Positions 1 to 9,990 are shown, counted from the stretch's first letter. The stretch is 64,000 bases of DNA from Acidobacteriota bacterium (GCA_965217775.1 CBDCJH010000002.1:5216001-5280000), one strand, 5' to 3'. The notes: a model not told the origin generated them from the letters alone. Translations and numbers: made by a program.

Positions 1-1
1 C

Positions 2-2662
2 GGCCAGGGCAAGACCACCTGCGGCTGGATTCATCCTGCGGGCGGCCAGGTTCTCTTCGCCTCGACCCACCATGATTCCGAATCCGGCCGGAAGCAACGG
101 GAGGAACTGGAGCGCCGGGCCTCGGGCAGGACCCGCCGGTACACCTGGGATTTCGACGCGGAGTATGAAATCTACGGACTCGCTCTTGCAACGTCGACGT
201 TGCAGAACCTCACCAACAAGTTGGGATATGACGCCGAAGCTTCCTGGTCGCCGGATGGCGGACGGATCGTATTCGCCTCGAATCGGTTGGCCTATGAAGG
301 CCGTCTGGCGCCGGAGCAGGTGGAGTCCCGGGATCGGGACCCTTCGTCCTTTGTGGAACTCTACTCCATGAACTCGGACGGAACCGATGTCCGCCGGCTG
401 ACCGCCTCGCCGGGGTATGACGGCGGTCCCTTCTTCAGTCCCTCCGGCCAGGGAATATGCTGGCGAAGATTCACCGAGGACGGGCTGGTGGCCGAGATCT
501 ACCTGATGGATATGGACGGGGGCCGGCAGCGGCCCGTGACGCGGCTGGGGAAGATGTCCTGGGCGCCGTTTTTCCATCCTTCCGGCGATTACCTGATCTT
601 CACCACCAACCTGCACGGCCTGGGCAATTTCGAGCTCTACCTGGTGGCCACCGGGGATCGCTCCGAACCGGTGCGCGTCACCCGGACTCCCGGATTCGAC
701 GGTCTGCCCGTCTTCTCGCCGGATGGAGATACGCTGGCCTGGACCTCCAACCGGACTCCCGGGAAGATTTCCCAGATCTATCTGGCCGACTGGGACGACC
801 GGGAAGCGAGACGCCTGCTGGGACTTACCACACAGGCGGGGCAGGCGGGCACTGACGCGGCCCCGGAGATATCGGGTGCGGCCCGAATCCGGGAGCAGGA
901 CCTTCGCCGCCACGTGAACCGCTTGGCGTCCGAGGAGATGGAGGGACGAATGACCGGGACCCGGGGAGAGTTCCTGGCCACCGAATACGCCGCTTCGGTC
1001 CTGGCTCGGTTGGGGTTGAAGCCGGTTGGAGACGATGGGTCCTACTTCCAAGCCTTCCCCTTCACGGCGGGAGTCTCCCTGGGCTCCGAGAACCGATTGG
1101 CCATCGTGAGCGGGGAAGAGAAGAAGTCGCTGCGCCTGGACCATGACTGGAGGCCGCTGTCCTTCTCGGCCACCGGAACCTTCGGAGCCGCTCAGGTGGT
1201 CTTCGCCGGGTACGGAATCGTGGCTCCCGAGTTGGAGGAGAACCCGGGTTACGATTCCTATGCTCACCTGGACGTGGCCGGCAAGTGGGTCCTGGTGCTG
1301 CGCTATTACCCCGAAGAGGTGTCTCCCCAACGGCGGCGCCATCTGGCTCGCTATGGGAGCCTTCGATACAAGGCTATGCAGGCCCTGGACCGTGGCGCCC
1401 AGGGACTCCTCATCGCCAGCGGTCCCAACTCCAAGGTTCGCCGGGAGCTGATCCCGTTGAGGCTCGACGGTGCGGTCACGGACGGACGCCTTCCCGTCAT
1501 CTCCATTACCGACCGGACAGCCGGAATTCTGCTGGAGTCCAACGACCGGACCTTGGGAGAGCTTCAGGAAGAACTGGATTCCGGCGAGCTCCAGATGGGG
1601 TTCGCGTTGCCCGGGGTCAAGGTGGATTCGAACGTCGATCTGAACACGGAGCAGAGGACCGGCCGGAACGTTCTGGGGTTGCTGCAGGCGGGTCAGAGCA
1701 GCGACGCGGACGGAGTTCTGGTAGTGGGCGCCCACGTGGATCACTTGGGCGCGGGAGCCACGGCTGCATCATTGGCCCGGTCGGACGAGGAGGGAGGGAT
1801 TCACTACGGGGCCGACGACAACGCGTCCGGGGTCGCCGCGGTTCTGGAAATTGCGGATCATCTCGTGGACCTCCGGGACAAGGGAGACCTTCCGCCGGGG
1901 CGAGACGTTTTGTTCGCACTCTGGTCAGGGGAGGAGCTGGGTCTGCTGGGCTCGAACCATTTCATGAAGACCTATGGATCGGGCCATGGGGATGGGACCG
2001 GAAGCGACCTGTTGGCCTATCTGAATCTGGACATGGTGGGTCGGTTGAAGACATCCCTGGTGGTGCAGGGTGTGGGTTCGAGTTCCGTCTGGCCCTCCGC
2101 CATCGAACGGTCCAACCTGAATCTGGGCCTGCCCATCGTGATGCAGCCCGAGAGCCATCTGCCCACGGATGCCACCTCCTTCTATGTCAAACAGGTCCCG
2201 ATCCTGAGTCTCTTTACCGGCTCCCACGAGGATTACCACACGCCCGGAGACCGCCCTGAAAAACTCAACTACCTGGGAACGCGGAAGATTGCGTCATTCC
2301 TTAGCCGGATTGCCGTCCATCTCTTGGAGAACCCCGATCGTCCCGATTACCAGGAGATGAGCGACCCCAGAAGGCGAGGGGCCAGGAGCGGGCTGAGAGC
2401 CTACCTGGGTACGATCCCAGATTACGCCCAGGGTACGGAAAAGGGTCTCAGCCTCTCCGGTGTCGCACCCGGAGGACCGGCCGAAAAGGCGGGAGTCAGA
2501 GCCGGGGATCTGGTGGTGCGTCTGGCCGGCCGTGAGATCGGGGACATCTACGATTACACCTACGCCATCGATTTTCTGGAGATCGGCTCACCGACCGAGA
2601 TCGTCGTGGTGCGAGAGGGGAAGAGGATCACCCTGACCGTCGTCCCGGCTTCCAGGGACTAG
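2..2662 (+). CDS. M28-family aminopeptidase with TolB/PD40 propeller, PA and PDZ domains (5'-truncated by window edge)
   Basis: Frame open from base 2. PD40-like repeats (YDAEASWSPDG, YDGGPFFSP, FDGLPVFSPDG); M28 motifs GAHVDHLG, GADDNASG, SGEELGLLGS, NLDMVG, DYHTPGD; C-terminal PDZ (YLGTIPDY...GPAEKAG). Confidence 0.92.
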   Translation, partial: GQGKTTCGWIHPAGGQVLFASTHHDSESGRKQREELERRASGRTRRYTWDFDAEYEIYGLALATSTLQNLTNKLGYDAEASWSPDGGRIVFASNRLAYEGRLAPEQVESRDRDPSSFVELYSMNSDGTDVRRLTASPGYDGGPFFSPSGQGICWRRFTEDGLVAEIYLMDMDGGRQRPVTRLGKMSWAPFFHPSGDYLIFTTNLHGLGNFELYLVATGDRSEPVRVTRTPGFDGLPVFSPDGDTLAWTSNRTPGKISQIYLADWDDREARRLLGLTTQAGQAGTDAAPEISGAARIREQDLRRHVNRLASEEMEGRMTGTRGEFLATEYAASVLARLGLKPVGDDGSYFQAFPFTAGVSLGSENRLAIVSGEEKKSLRLDHDWRPLSFSATGTFGAAQVVFAGYGIVAPELEENPGYDSYAHLDVAGKWVLVLRYYPEEVSPQRRRHLARYGSLRYKAMQALDRGAQGLLIASGPNSKVRRELIPLRLDGAVTDGRLPVISITDRTAGILLESNDRTLGELQEELDSGELQMGFALPGVKVDSNVDLNTEQRTGRNVLGLLQAGQSSDADGVLVVGAHVDHLGAGATAASLARSDEEGGIHYGADDNASGVAAVLEIADHLVDLRDKGDLPPGRDVLFALWSGEELGLLGSNHFMKTYGSGHGDGTGSDLLAYLNLDMVGRLKTSLVVQGVGSSSVWPSAIERSNLNLGLPIVMQPESHLPTDATSFYVKQVPILSLFTGSHEDYHTPGDRPEKLNYLGTRKIASFLSRIAVHLLENPDRPDYQEMSDPRRRGARSGLRAYLGTIPDYAQGTEKGLSLSGVAPGGPAEKAGVRAGDLVVRLAGREIGDIYDYTYAIDFLEIGSPTEIVVVREGKRITLTVVPASRD

Positions 2663-2823
2663 CAGTCCGTGGTGAAAGTCGCGCGAGCACCGAGACCGTT
2701 CCTGCGCCCGCCGGACAAGGCGCGATTCGGGAGCATACCGGGAGTATGTGACTGAATCGCAACGCAGTCCGCCGGGATGCAGGGGCGGTCGAATGCCGTG
2801 ACGACTTTTGCCACGGGCTGCTA
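2660..2823 (+). mobile_element. 164-bp MITE-like repeat, copy 1
   Basis: Imperfect TIRs TAGCAGTCCGTGGTGAAAGTC...GACTTTTGCCACGGGCTGCTA; near-identical copies at 27581, 39283 and 63307. Its left end overlaps the peptidase TAG stop. Confidence 0.85.
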
Positions 2824-2895
2824 ACGCAAGCCGTTGAGAGAAGAGCGTCTCGGGATGGGTCCCGATTCAGTTTTTCCTTGTAAATCCATGAACTT

Positions 2896-3210
2896 GTGTT
2901 ATTATCGCTGACCGTGCGGATGAGGGGCATCGGCCGAAACACCGAGACGCGACAAAAGGTAGACTTCAGGTCCGAGAGAAACCTAGCCGTTGCCATCTTG
3001 AGGCAGGCTTGGCACGAAGCCGTCATCGACTTGCGGATCGTCAAGGAAAACTCCCGCAAAGATTATCGCCTGCTCAAGAAGAAGGCCATCGAGTGGATCG
3101 TCAGTGACGAAGACGGCTTCCCCTACTGGTGCAAGCTGGCTGACGCGGACCACAGTGCCATCCGGCAACGCCTGCAGGAGCGACTGAGCCAACAGTACAA
3201 CTGTCAGTAG
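2896..3210 (+). CDS. small hypothetical protein (start may be ATG 2920)
   Basis: 104-aa ORF, helical, ERNLAVAILRQAW...FPYWC motif; plausible codon usage. Confidence 0.65.
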   Translation: MLLSLTVRMRGIGRNTETRQKVDFRSERNLAVAILRQAWHEAVIDLRIVKENSRKDYRLLKKKAIEWIVSDEDGFPYWCKLADADHSAIRQRLQERLSQQYNCQ

Positions 3211-3309
3211 ACTCCCTCAGACCTGGGAACGGATTCGCGGACAGCCTGCCGAATTCCAGAATACGTCTATCCCAGTTCCAAAAAGATTCCATTTCACCTC
3301 CCCCGAGAC

Positions 3310-3392
3310 GTAGGGGCAACCCTTGCGTTCGCCCTCCCCGGGCCGATCCGTGAGGGGGCGACAGCGGGCACCCACACAAGGGGTGCCCCTAC
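3310..3392. repeat. GTAG-type REP doublet (REPIN-like)
   Basis: GTAGGGGCAACCCTTGCGTTCGCCC...GGGCACCCACACAAGGGGTGCCCCTAC: two inverted palindromes starting with GTAG and ending with CTAC. Confidence 0.75.
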
Positions 3393-3393
3393 A

Positions 3394-3422
3394 TTGCCTG
3401 ACGAAGGGGTAATGAATATAAT
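3394..3422 (+). promoter_or_regulatory. sigma70-type promoter for tRNA-Asp
   Basis: TTGCCT-N17-TATAAT, ending 16 bp upstream of the tRNA. Confidence 0.7.
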
Positions 3423-3438
3423 GTGCGTTCGGTCGAGC

Positions 3439-3516
3439 GGGGCCGTAGTTCAGATTGGTTAGAACGCCGGCCTGTCACGCCGGAGGTCGCGAGTTCGAGT
3501 CTCGTCGGTCCCGCCA
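3439..3516 (+). tRNA. tRNA-Asp(GTC)
   Basis: Acceptor stem GGGGCCG/CGGTCCC, anticodon loop CTGTCAC, GTTCGAG T-loop, encoded CCA. Confidence 0.97.
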
Positions 3517-3551
3517 ATCCCGTCACCTTCCCCTTGACACCGGCATCCAGC

Positions 3552-4910
3552 ATGGAGAAGTCTCTCCAGTCTCCCACCCGGGTCCGTTGGCTGGTCTTCG
3601 GCTTGGCCTGCGCCTCGTCGTGGATGCTCTACCTCCACCGATACACCTGGAATTTCATTGGACCTGAGTTGGAGAAGTCCTACGGCCTCTCCAAGGCAGA
3701 GCTGGGCACCCTCTTCTCCTTCTTCATCCCTCCCTACGGGCTCCTGCAGATTCCCAGCGGCATCCTGAGCGATCTGGTCGGTCCACATCTGTTTCTGGGA
3801 CTGATCATGATCCTCTGGTCGTTGGCGCTTCCCCTGCATGCCGCGGCCGGCAGCTTCGCATCGCTGGCCGTCGTCCGCGTTCTCTTCGGCACCTTCCAGG
3901 CGGGCTGCTATCCCAACCTGGCCAAGGTCACCCAGGTCTGGTTTCCCCGCAGCCGGCGCACCGTCATCCAGGGTTGGGTGGCCACCTTCTTCGGCCGGGG
4001 CGGAGGGGCCATGTCCCCCATCCTCTTCGGAACCCTGCTCATCGGCTACTGCGGCTTCTCATGGCAATCCGCATTGGTGTTGTTGGGGGGAGGAGGGGTT
4101 CTTCTGGGTGTCCTCTTCCTGCACCAGTTCCGCAATTCGCCGGAGGTGGACCCGAGGACCAACCAGGCGGAGCGGGATCTGATCCGGGAGGGATCGCGGA
4201 AACCGGACCCCGAGGGTTCCCGGGTGCTGCCCTGGCGCCGGGTCGCGCGCAATCGCAGCATGCGCTTTTTCGTCCTGGGCCAGATCACGAGCGCGGCCGC
4301 CGACACCATCTACGTATCGTTCATGGGAGATTTTTTCCTGAACGCCAAGGGCATCGAGATGATCCAGGCAGGCATACTGGTGAGCCTGCCCCTGTGGGGA
4401 GGAGCCGTGGGGGGCATGGTGGGAGGCTACTGCAACGACTGGGCCATCCAGTGGAGCGGAAGCCGGCGTTGGGGCCGGAGCGTCATCGGTTTCACCGGCA
4501 AGTTCCTGGCCTGTTTGCTGATGCTCTTGACCATCCGTCAGGAGAGCGCGGTGGCGGCCGGGATCTCCCTGTTCGCGGTCAAGTTCTTTACCGACTGGAG
4601 CCAACCGACGGTGTGGGGAACCTGCACCGATCTGGGAGGACGATACTCGGCGACTCTCTTCGGAATCATCAACACGTCGGGCAGCGCGGGGGGCGTCCTC
4701 GCGCCCCCGATCTTCGGTCTGATTCTGGACTACAACACGGCCCGAAACTGGGTGGACGGCGCCTGGGTCCGGACCACCGACTACAACCCCCTCTTTGTGC
4801 TCGTAGCCGCCCTGTATCTGCTCAGCGCGCTGTCCTGGTTCTTCGTCGACTGCACCGAATCCGTGGCAAGCGAGCTCGAACCGGAGCCGAAGGTCACACC
4901 AGCAACGTAG
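3552..4910 (+). CDS. MFS transporter (ACS/sugar-acid type)
   Basis: About 12 TM segments, GILSDLVG motif-A-like, RVLFGTFQAGCYP. The ORF-track start at 3423 overlaps the tRNA, so ATG 3552 is preferred. Confidence 0.9.
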   Translation: MEKSLQSPTRVRWLVFGLACASSWMLYLHRYTWNFIGPELEKSYGLSKAELGTLFSFFIPPYGLLQIPSGILSDLVGPHLFLGLIMILWSLALPLHAAAGSFASLAVVRVLFGTFQAGCYPNLAKVTQVWFPRSRRTVIQGWVATFFGRGGGAMSPILFGTLLIGYCGFSWQSALVLLGGGGVLLGVLFLHQFRNSPEVDPRTNQAERDLIREGSRKPDPEGSRVLPWRRVARNRSMRFFVLGQITSAAADTIYVSFMGDFFLNAKGIEMIQAGILVSLPLWGGAVGGMVGGYCNDWAIQWSGSRRWGRSVIGFTGKFLACLLMLLTIRQESAVAAGISLFAVKFFTDWSQPTVWGTCTDLGGRYSATLFGIINTSGSAGGVLAPPIFGLILDYNTARNWVDGAWVRTTDYNPLFVLVAALYLLSALSWFFVDCTESVASELEPEPKVTPAT

Positions 4911-4919
4911 AGGGGGCGA

Positions 4920-5900
4920 TCAGAGCTCGGCCCAGATCCCGAATTTTTCCTGAGCCGCCAGATCGTAGATGCGGCGGGCGACGGCCGCGTCCTGGATGGC
5001 CATTCCGGTCGCGTCAAAAAGAGTGATCTCGTCGTCGGACGTGCGACCCTCAATCGAGCCGTTGATCACCTGTCCCAGAGTTCCCCTGATATCGTCCCGG
5101 TCGATATGGCCTTTTTCCAGCGGCTCCGAGACCTCGCCCAAGTGGCAGATCTGCTCGATGTGATCGCCGAAGATGGTGCACCGCGCATGCACGCCATTGG
5201 CCAATTCCTGTTTCCAGGCCTGGTCCGCCCCCATGCACGACAGGTGGGTCCCGGGTTTCAACCATTGGTTCTGTACGATGGGGACGGTGGTATTGGTGCA
5301 GGTAATGATGACGTCGCTCGTCGTGACCAGATCCTGCGGGTGGCGGACCGGCTCCACCGGTCGGCCCAGATCCTCGGAAAGCTCGGCGACGTAGCTTTCC
5401 AGGGCTTTGGGAAAGGAGTCGTAGACTCGGATTTCCTCGAAGGACCGGACCTGAACGGCGGCTCGCAGGGCGTGCCTCCCCTGGAATCCGGCTCCCAGGA
5501 TCCCCAGCGTCCGAACGTCCGTCCTGGCCAGGTGCTTGATGGCGACCGCGGCCGAGGCTCCGGTTCTGAGCCCGGTCACCCAGGCACCGTCCATCAGGGC
5601 CAGCGGCTTTCCCGTGTCGGGATCGAACAACGAGATCTGGGAGAGAATGTTGGGCAGGTTCCGCTTGGGGTTCTCTTCCCGGCCCTGTCCCAGTTTCATG
5701 GCCAGGACGTTCAGGTCCGGGAGCATGCTGGCCATGCAGGCGCTGATGCCGCCCGGGACCTGGAAAATGAGTTTTTTGGGAAGGATGTCGTTCCCCTTCT
5801 CATGATTGGCGAAGGCCTGCTCCACCATGTCGATGGACTCCTGGATGCTGAATCGTGAGATGATTTCTTTCTGACTGATGATCAGAATCGGGTAAGCCAC
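4920..5900 (-). CDS. ornithine cyclodeaminase / mu-crystallin family protein
   Basis: TGLRTGASAAVA, GILGAGFQG Rossmann motif, FDATGMAIQD; GTG start at 5900 with GGAGGA RBS. Confidence 0.9.
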   Translation of the reverse strand: MAYPILIISQKEIISRFSIQESIDMVEQAFANHEKGNDILPKKLIFQVPGGISACMASMLPDLNVLAMKLGQGREENPKRNLPNILSQISLFDPDTGKPLALMDGAWVTGLRTGASAAVAIKHLARTDVRTLGILGAGFQGRHALRAAVQVRSFEEIRVYDSFPKALESYVAELSEDLGRPVEPVRHPQDLVTTSDVIITCTNTTVPIVQNQWLKPGTHLSCMGADQAWKQELANGVHARCTIFGDHIEQICHLGEVSEPLEKGHIDRDDIRGTLGQVINGSIEGRTSDDEITLFDATGMAIQDAAVARRIYDLAAQEKFGIWAEL

Positions 5901-7045
5901 TGTCGTATCCTCCTGAGTCCCTCCCGGATGGTGTCCGGACCCACCGCGTATGAAATTCTGAAGGCCCGGCGGCAAGACTCGCCGAAGCCGGTTCCGGGAA
6001 TGCAACAGACTTGCGCCTCCTCCAGGAGACGCAGGCAAAACGTATCCGCATCCAGATCCAGATCGAATCTGGGAAAGATGTAGAAGGCCCCTCCGGGAGT
6101 ATAGCTGGAGAGATGCGGTATGTCTCGAAGCAGGTCCAGGGCCAGATTGCGCCGTTCCCGGTACTCGGAAACCATGGGGGGGATAAAGGTCTGATCTCCG
6201 GTCAGCGCCTCGATGCCGGCCCACTGGCCCGGCGTGTTGGCCACGGTGGTGGTAAAAGTGTGGAGCTTTTGCAGGAGCCGCCAATTGGTATGGCCCGTCA
6301 CGACCCAGCCGACTCGGATGCCGGTCATGGCGTAGGTTTTGGACAAGCTGTGGAACACGAAGAGACGGTCCCGGTCGGGCTCCAGCGCCAGCATGGAGGG
6401 GTAACTCCCCTCATGGTCGTAGACCAGTTGTTCATAGACTTCGTCCGATCCCAGCAACAGGCCATGCCTCCGCGCCACCGTGGCCAGCCCCTGGAGGACC
6501 TCCACCGGATAGGTTGACCCGGTGGGATTGCAGGGAGAGTTGACCAGAATCATCCTGGTTCGGGGAGTGACGGCGGCTTCGACCTCACTGGGATCCGGTA
6601 TGTAGCCGTCTTCGACCCTCGTCACCACGGAAACGGGTTCCCCGCCGATCATCCGAATGAATGGAGCATAGACGACGAAAGCCGGCTCCAACAGGATGAC
6701 CTCGTCGCCGGGACTGATGAAGGCCTGAAGTGTCAGGGTGATGGCCTCCACCGCGCCGTCGGTGACCAGGATCTCTTCGGGATGGACTTGAACGCCCTGG
6801 GTTCTTTCGTAGTAGCCGCCGATGGCCTCTCTGAATTCGGGGACACCCGAGTCCAGGGCGTAACGAGTCTTGCCCTCGTGAAGGGCCTGCACCATGGCCT
6901 CGATGACCGGAGCGGGAGTGTTGAAATCCGGTTGCCCGATGGAGAGATGAACCACGTCGTCCTTTCCCGCAGCCTCGTTGAACATCATGCGGATACTGGA
7001 AGGCGGAAGATCGACGACACTCCTTCTTGGCATGGGATCGGTCAA
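5882..7045 (-). CDS. PLP-dependent aminotransferase class I/II
   Basis: LSIGQPDF, NSPCNPTG, SDEVY, SLSKTYAMTGIRVG (PLP lysine). Confidence 0.93.
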   Translation of the reverse strand: MTDPMPRRSVVDLPPSSIRMMFNEAAGKDDVVHLSIGQPDFNTPAPVIEAMVQALHEGKTRYALDSGVPEFREAIGGYYERTQGVQVHPEEILVTDGAVEAITLTLQAFISPGDEVILLEPAFVVYAPFIRMIGGEPVSVVTRVEDGYIPDPSEVEAAVTPRTRMILVNSPCNPTGSTYPVEVLQGLATVARRHGLLLGSDEVYEQLVYDHEGSYPSMLALEPDRDRLFVFHSLSKTYAMTGIRVGWVVTGHTNWRLLQKLHTFTTTVANTPGQWAGIEALTGDQTFIPPMVSEYRERRNLALDLLRDIPHLSSYTPGGAFYIFPRFDLDLDADTFCLRLLEEAQVCCIPGTGFGESCRRAFRISYAVGPDTIREGLRRIRQWLTRF

Positions 7046-7085
7046 TTAAACTAGACTGGAGCGGGTTTCCAACGACGGACATCTT

Positions 7086-8969
7086 ATGTTCCAAGCCACC
7101 GGATATCAAGTGCGGGCGGGATCGAAACCGCGGGGGCGGTGCTTCCTCGCCCGGTGGTTGGTTCTGGGTCTTCTGTCCTCCAACATCTTCGCGACCGGTC
7201 AGGATCAGGAGCTCAATGCGGCCCTGATCGGGGCCGCCGTGGAGGGCCGCACCGATCAGGTCGCGGCCTTGTTGGACCGGGGCGCCAGCATGTTGGTCCG
7301 GGACCCGGATGGATTGAACCCCCTCATGTACGCCGCCATGGGCGGGAATGAACAGACCGTCCGCCTGCTCCTGGCCCGGGGGTCGGAACTGGAAGCCAGG
7401 ACCCGGGACGGCGCCACCGCCCTGATGATCGGTTCCGGATCCGGACATGTGGCTGCCGTTGGCGCCTTGCTGGAGGCGGGAGCGGACATACGCTCCAACG
7501 ACGCCAGTGGACATACGCCGTTGGTCTGGGGAGTACTGGGAGGGAGCGTGGCGGTGGTCCGGACACTGTTGGCGGCCGGGGCCGGACCCGACGCGCGAGA
7601 CAAGACGGGCTGGACCGTCCTGATGCGGGCATCGTCCCAGGGCGACCTGCCTGTGGTCGAGGCTCTGCTCGAAGGAGGATCCAAGGTCGGGACTCGGAGC
7701 CGCGACAACTGGACGGCTCTCGCCTTGGCCTTGTTCGAGGGCCACGGACGAACGGCTGCTCTCCTGGTCCGCCACGGAGCCGACGTCGATGAGGTGGACG
7801 TCAACGGCATCCCGCTCCTGATGCATGCGGCGTCGGGAGGGAAGACCGAAGCGGCCCGATTCCTGCTGGCCCACGGCGCCGCCACCGGCTTTCGGGACAA
7901 GGAGGGCAACGGACCACTGGCGGCGGCGGCCTACAATGGCTTTGCACCCATCGTCGAGGCTCTGATCCGGGCGGGGGCCGTGGTGGACAGCCGCGACAGT
8001 CAAGGCCGGACACCTCTCACGCAGGCCGCCTCCCAGGGGAAGGCGGATGCGGTCAAGGCGCTTCTGGCGGCGGGCGCGGATCCGCAGATCAAGTCCAATC
8101 GGGGCCAGACGGCTCTGGACCTGGCCGTCTGGTACGACCACACGAAGGTCATCGAAGCGCTGCTCCCGGCCGGGGAACGGGTCGATACCCCCGACGAGGC
8201 GGGTCGAACCCTTCTCGTGCACGCCGCGTTGGAAGGAAACGAGGCGACGGTCAAGGTCCTGCTGGCCCGGGGGACCGATCCGGACCGGCCGGACCGGGAG
8301 GGGAGGACGCCGCTCATCTACGCCGCCCTCCATGGTCACGCCGAAGTGGCCCGGCGGCTCATCGACGGCGGCGCCCGGCTCGACTCTCGCAGCAACGAGG
8401 GTTGGACGGCCCTGGGGCTGGCGCTGAGCCAGGACCGCGGTCCCATCATCGACGCCCTCTTGGCGGCGGGGGTGGATGTGAATTCGGTGGCCCCGCACAG
8501 CCAATCTTTCCTGGGAATGGCGGCCTACCGGGGGCGACTTGAATCGGTTCGGAAACTGTTGCAACGCGGCGCTCGTGTCGGAACGCGAGGCGCGGGGGGC
8601 CAGACGCCTCTCGCCTTCGCGGCGTATCAGGGATTTCCGGAGATCGCCAAGCTGCTGCTGGACCGGGGGGCGGACCCGGATGTCCAAGACGATTCCGGCC
8701 GGACCCCACTGATGCAAGCCGCCTGGAACGGTCATGCTGAAGTGGCGGAACTCCTACTGGACCGGGAGGCCCGGATCGACGCCCAGGACGGTGAGGGCGC
8801 CACTGCCTTGGCCCTTGCCGCGGCCCGAGGTCAGACGGACCTGGTCCGGCTGTTGCTGAGCCGCGGCGCAGACGTGCGTATCCGGAACCACCAGGGACGG
8901 ACTCCCCTCATGTTGGCGCAGGGGGAAGGCCGGAAGGTCACGGCCAGATTGCTCCAGGACCGCGAGTAG
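7086..8969 (+). CDS. secreted ankyrin-repeat protein (~17 repeats)
   Basis: Signal-like N-terminus followed by tandem 33-aa G-T-P/A-L-xx-AA repeats. Confidence 0.93.
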   Translation: MFQATGYQVRAGSKPRGRCFLARWLVLGLLSSNIFATGQDQELNAALIGAAVEGRTDQVAALLDRGASMLVRDPDGLNPLMYAAMGGNEQTVRLLLARGSELEARTRDGATALMIGSGSGHVAAVGALLEAGADIRSNDASGHTPLVWGVLGGSVAVVRTLLAAGAGPDARDKTGWTVLMRASSQGDLPVVEALLEGGSKVGTRSRDNWTALALALFEGHGRTAALLVRHGADVDEVDVNGIPLLMHAASGGKTEAARFLLAHGAATGFRDKEGNGPLAAAAYNGFAPIVEALIRAGAVVDSRDSQGRTPLTQAASQGKADAVKALLAAGADPQIKSNRGQTALDLAVWYDHTKVIEALLPAGERVDTPDEAGRTLLVHAALEGNEATVKVLLARGTDPDRPDREGRTPLIYAALHGHAEVARRLIDGGARLDSRSNEGWTALGLALSQDRGPIIDALLAAGVDVNSVAPHSQSFLGMAAYRGRLESVRKLLQRGARVGTRGAGGQTPLAFAAYQGFPEIAKLLLDRGADPDVQDDSGRTPLMQAAWNGHAEVAELLLDREARIDAQDGEGATALALAAARGQTDLVRLLLSRGADVRIRNHQGRTPLMLAQGEGRKVTARLLQDRE

Positions 8970-9005
8970 AAGCCGTCTGGGCCGCACGCGCGGATCCGGT
9001 TAGTC

Positions 9006-9074
9006 TCACCTGTTCCCGGTCGGCCCCGACCGGAAAGAAGCTCTTTCCATCAGGTACTCGAGAACCAGTGCCAG
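9006..9074 (-). pseudogene. diverged 3'-end fragment of the CxxCH gene that ends at 18945
   Basis: 9020-9074 aligns without gaps to 18950-19004; LALVLEYLMERASFRSGP vs LTLVIEYLMEKATPRLGP. Confidence 0.75.
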
Positions 9075-9101
9075 CCGACAAATAGACTGTTCCCTCGAAG
9101 G

Positions 9102-9257
9102 AAGCGATCTTCCGGGCGGTGCGCTTCGGCCCCGTCCGGAGGCCTGACCGTCCCCCCAGCGCGTTTTGCGCGGCGGCTCCTGGAACAACAACCCCAGGAA
9201 CCTGCGCTCCGCGAACCGCAACAGGAACACCACCGGGAACCGGAACAACAAGAACGG
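9102..9257 (+). repeat. diverged orphan copy of the DGR RT 3' end plus most of the TR
   Basis: 156 bp colinear with 18550-18705 with 7 substitutions, not adenine-restricted; lacks the GTTCCGCGTGGCCCG 3' end. Confidence 0.9.
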
Positions 9258-9524
9258 ACCCACACCTCGTGAAAAGGGAACTGTCCCCTGTTCCGGCTCC
9301 CCTTGACCTTAACTATGACCATACTTTATCTGTATATTCGCCATATATTGTCTGTATGTGTTCTAGTACTCGTTAAGTGTTGAAGATGCTGCTGAATGGG
9401 CTTTGGCATCGACTGAAAAGGTGGATGGGTCCAGGGTTGGCCTCTCGACGTCCCTCGACTTGGCGGCACAATGCGCATCCAGAACGAAGCATGGTTGGAA
9501 TCTGCAACCACATAGGAGGCACAC

Positions 9525-9746
9525 ATGTTACGAAAAGTCACCATGAATCTGACCGAGCGCGATATCGAAATCACCAACAGGCTGACGCAAAAATTGGACT
9601 CGCGAAGCAAAGCATCAACTGTGAGTAGCGCATTGTCGGTGATGGACGATCTGACCAGGTTGGTCGAAGACGGCGGAGAATTGTACAGACGCAAGAAGGA
9701 CGGTTCGATGGAGCGTCTTGTCATTGTGGGGCTGAGAGGTGGCTGA
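9525..9746 (+). CDS. small putative ribbon-helix-helix/CopG-like protein
   Basis: AGGAGG RBS; N-terminal beta-strand-like RKVTMNLT followed by two helices; lower GC than the backbone. Confidence 0.6.
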   Translation: MLRKVTMNLTERDIEITNRLTQKLDSRSKASTVSSALSVMDDLTRLVEDGGELYRRKKDGSMERLVIVGLRGG

Positions 9747-9990
9747 GACCCCCGCTCCCCAGGATTGGGGCGATAGTGGGAATTCTGCAATCGCGATAGG
9801 TTTAACCCCCGCCTATGAATCGGGCCAGTTCTTTTATCGAGTCGTGGCAATATCGCTGGGCACGGCCATTGTTCTATCTGTGCTGGGTTCCGTGCAGTTG
9901 GCATTCTACGAGAAAGAGAATGAGGCCCTTCTCGCCATAGGCTCTGCGGCCGTCGGCGCATTGGCTGGCGTATTGGCGGGAAGACGGTAA
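9739..9990 (+). CDS. small two-TM membrane protein
   Basis: Overlaps the preceding ORF; two hydrophobic helices ending LAIGSAAVGALAGVL. Confidence 0.65.
   Translation: MAETPAPQDWGDSGNSAIAIGLTPAYESGQFFYRVVAISLGTAIVLSVLGSVQLAFYEKENEALLAIGSAAVGALAGVLAGRR

Noticed and set aside
3423-3551. N-terminal extension of the MFS ORF
   Set aside because: Overlaps tRNA-Asp; the real start is probably ATG 3552.
6585-8735. Long antisense ORFs (also 17091-18731, 30672-32744, 39193-41874, 55190-57613)
   Set aside because: Shadow ORFs opposite well-supported genes, as expected in high-GC DNA.
9102-9257. Second DGR variable repeat
   Set aside because: Differences are not adenine-specific, AAC codons are retained, RT-derived upstream sequence is included, and there is no host ORF.
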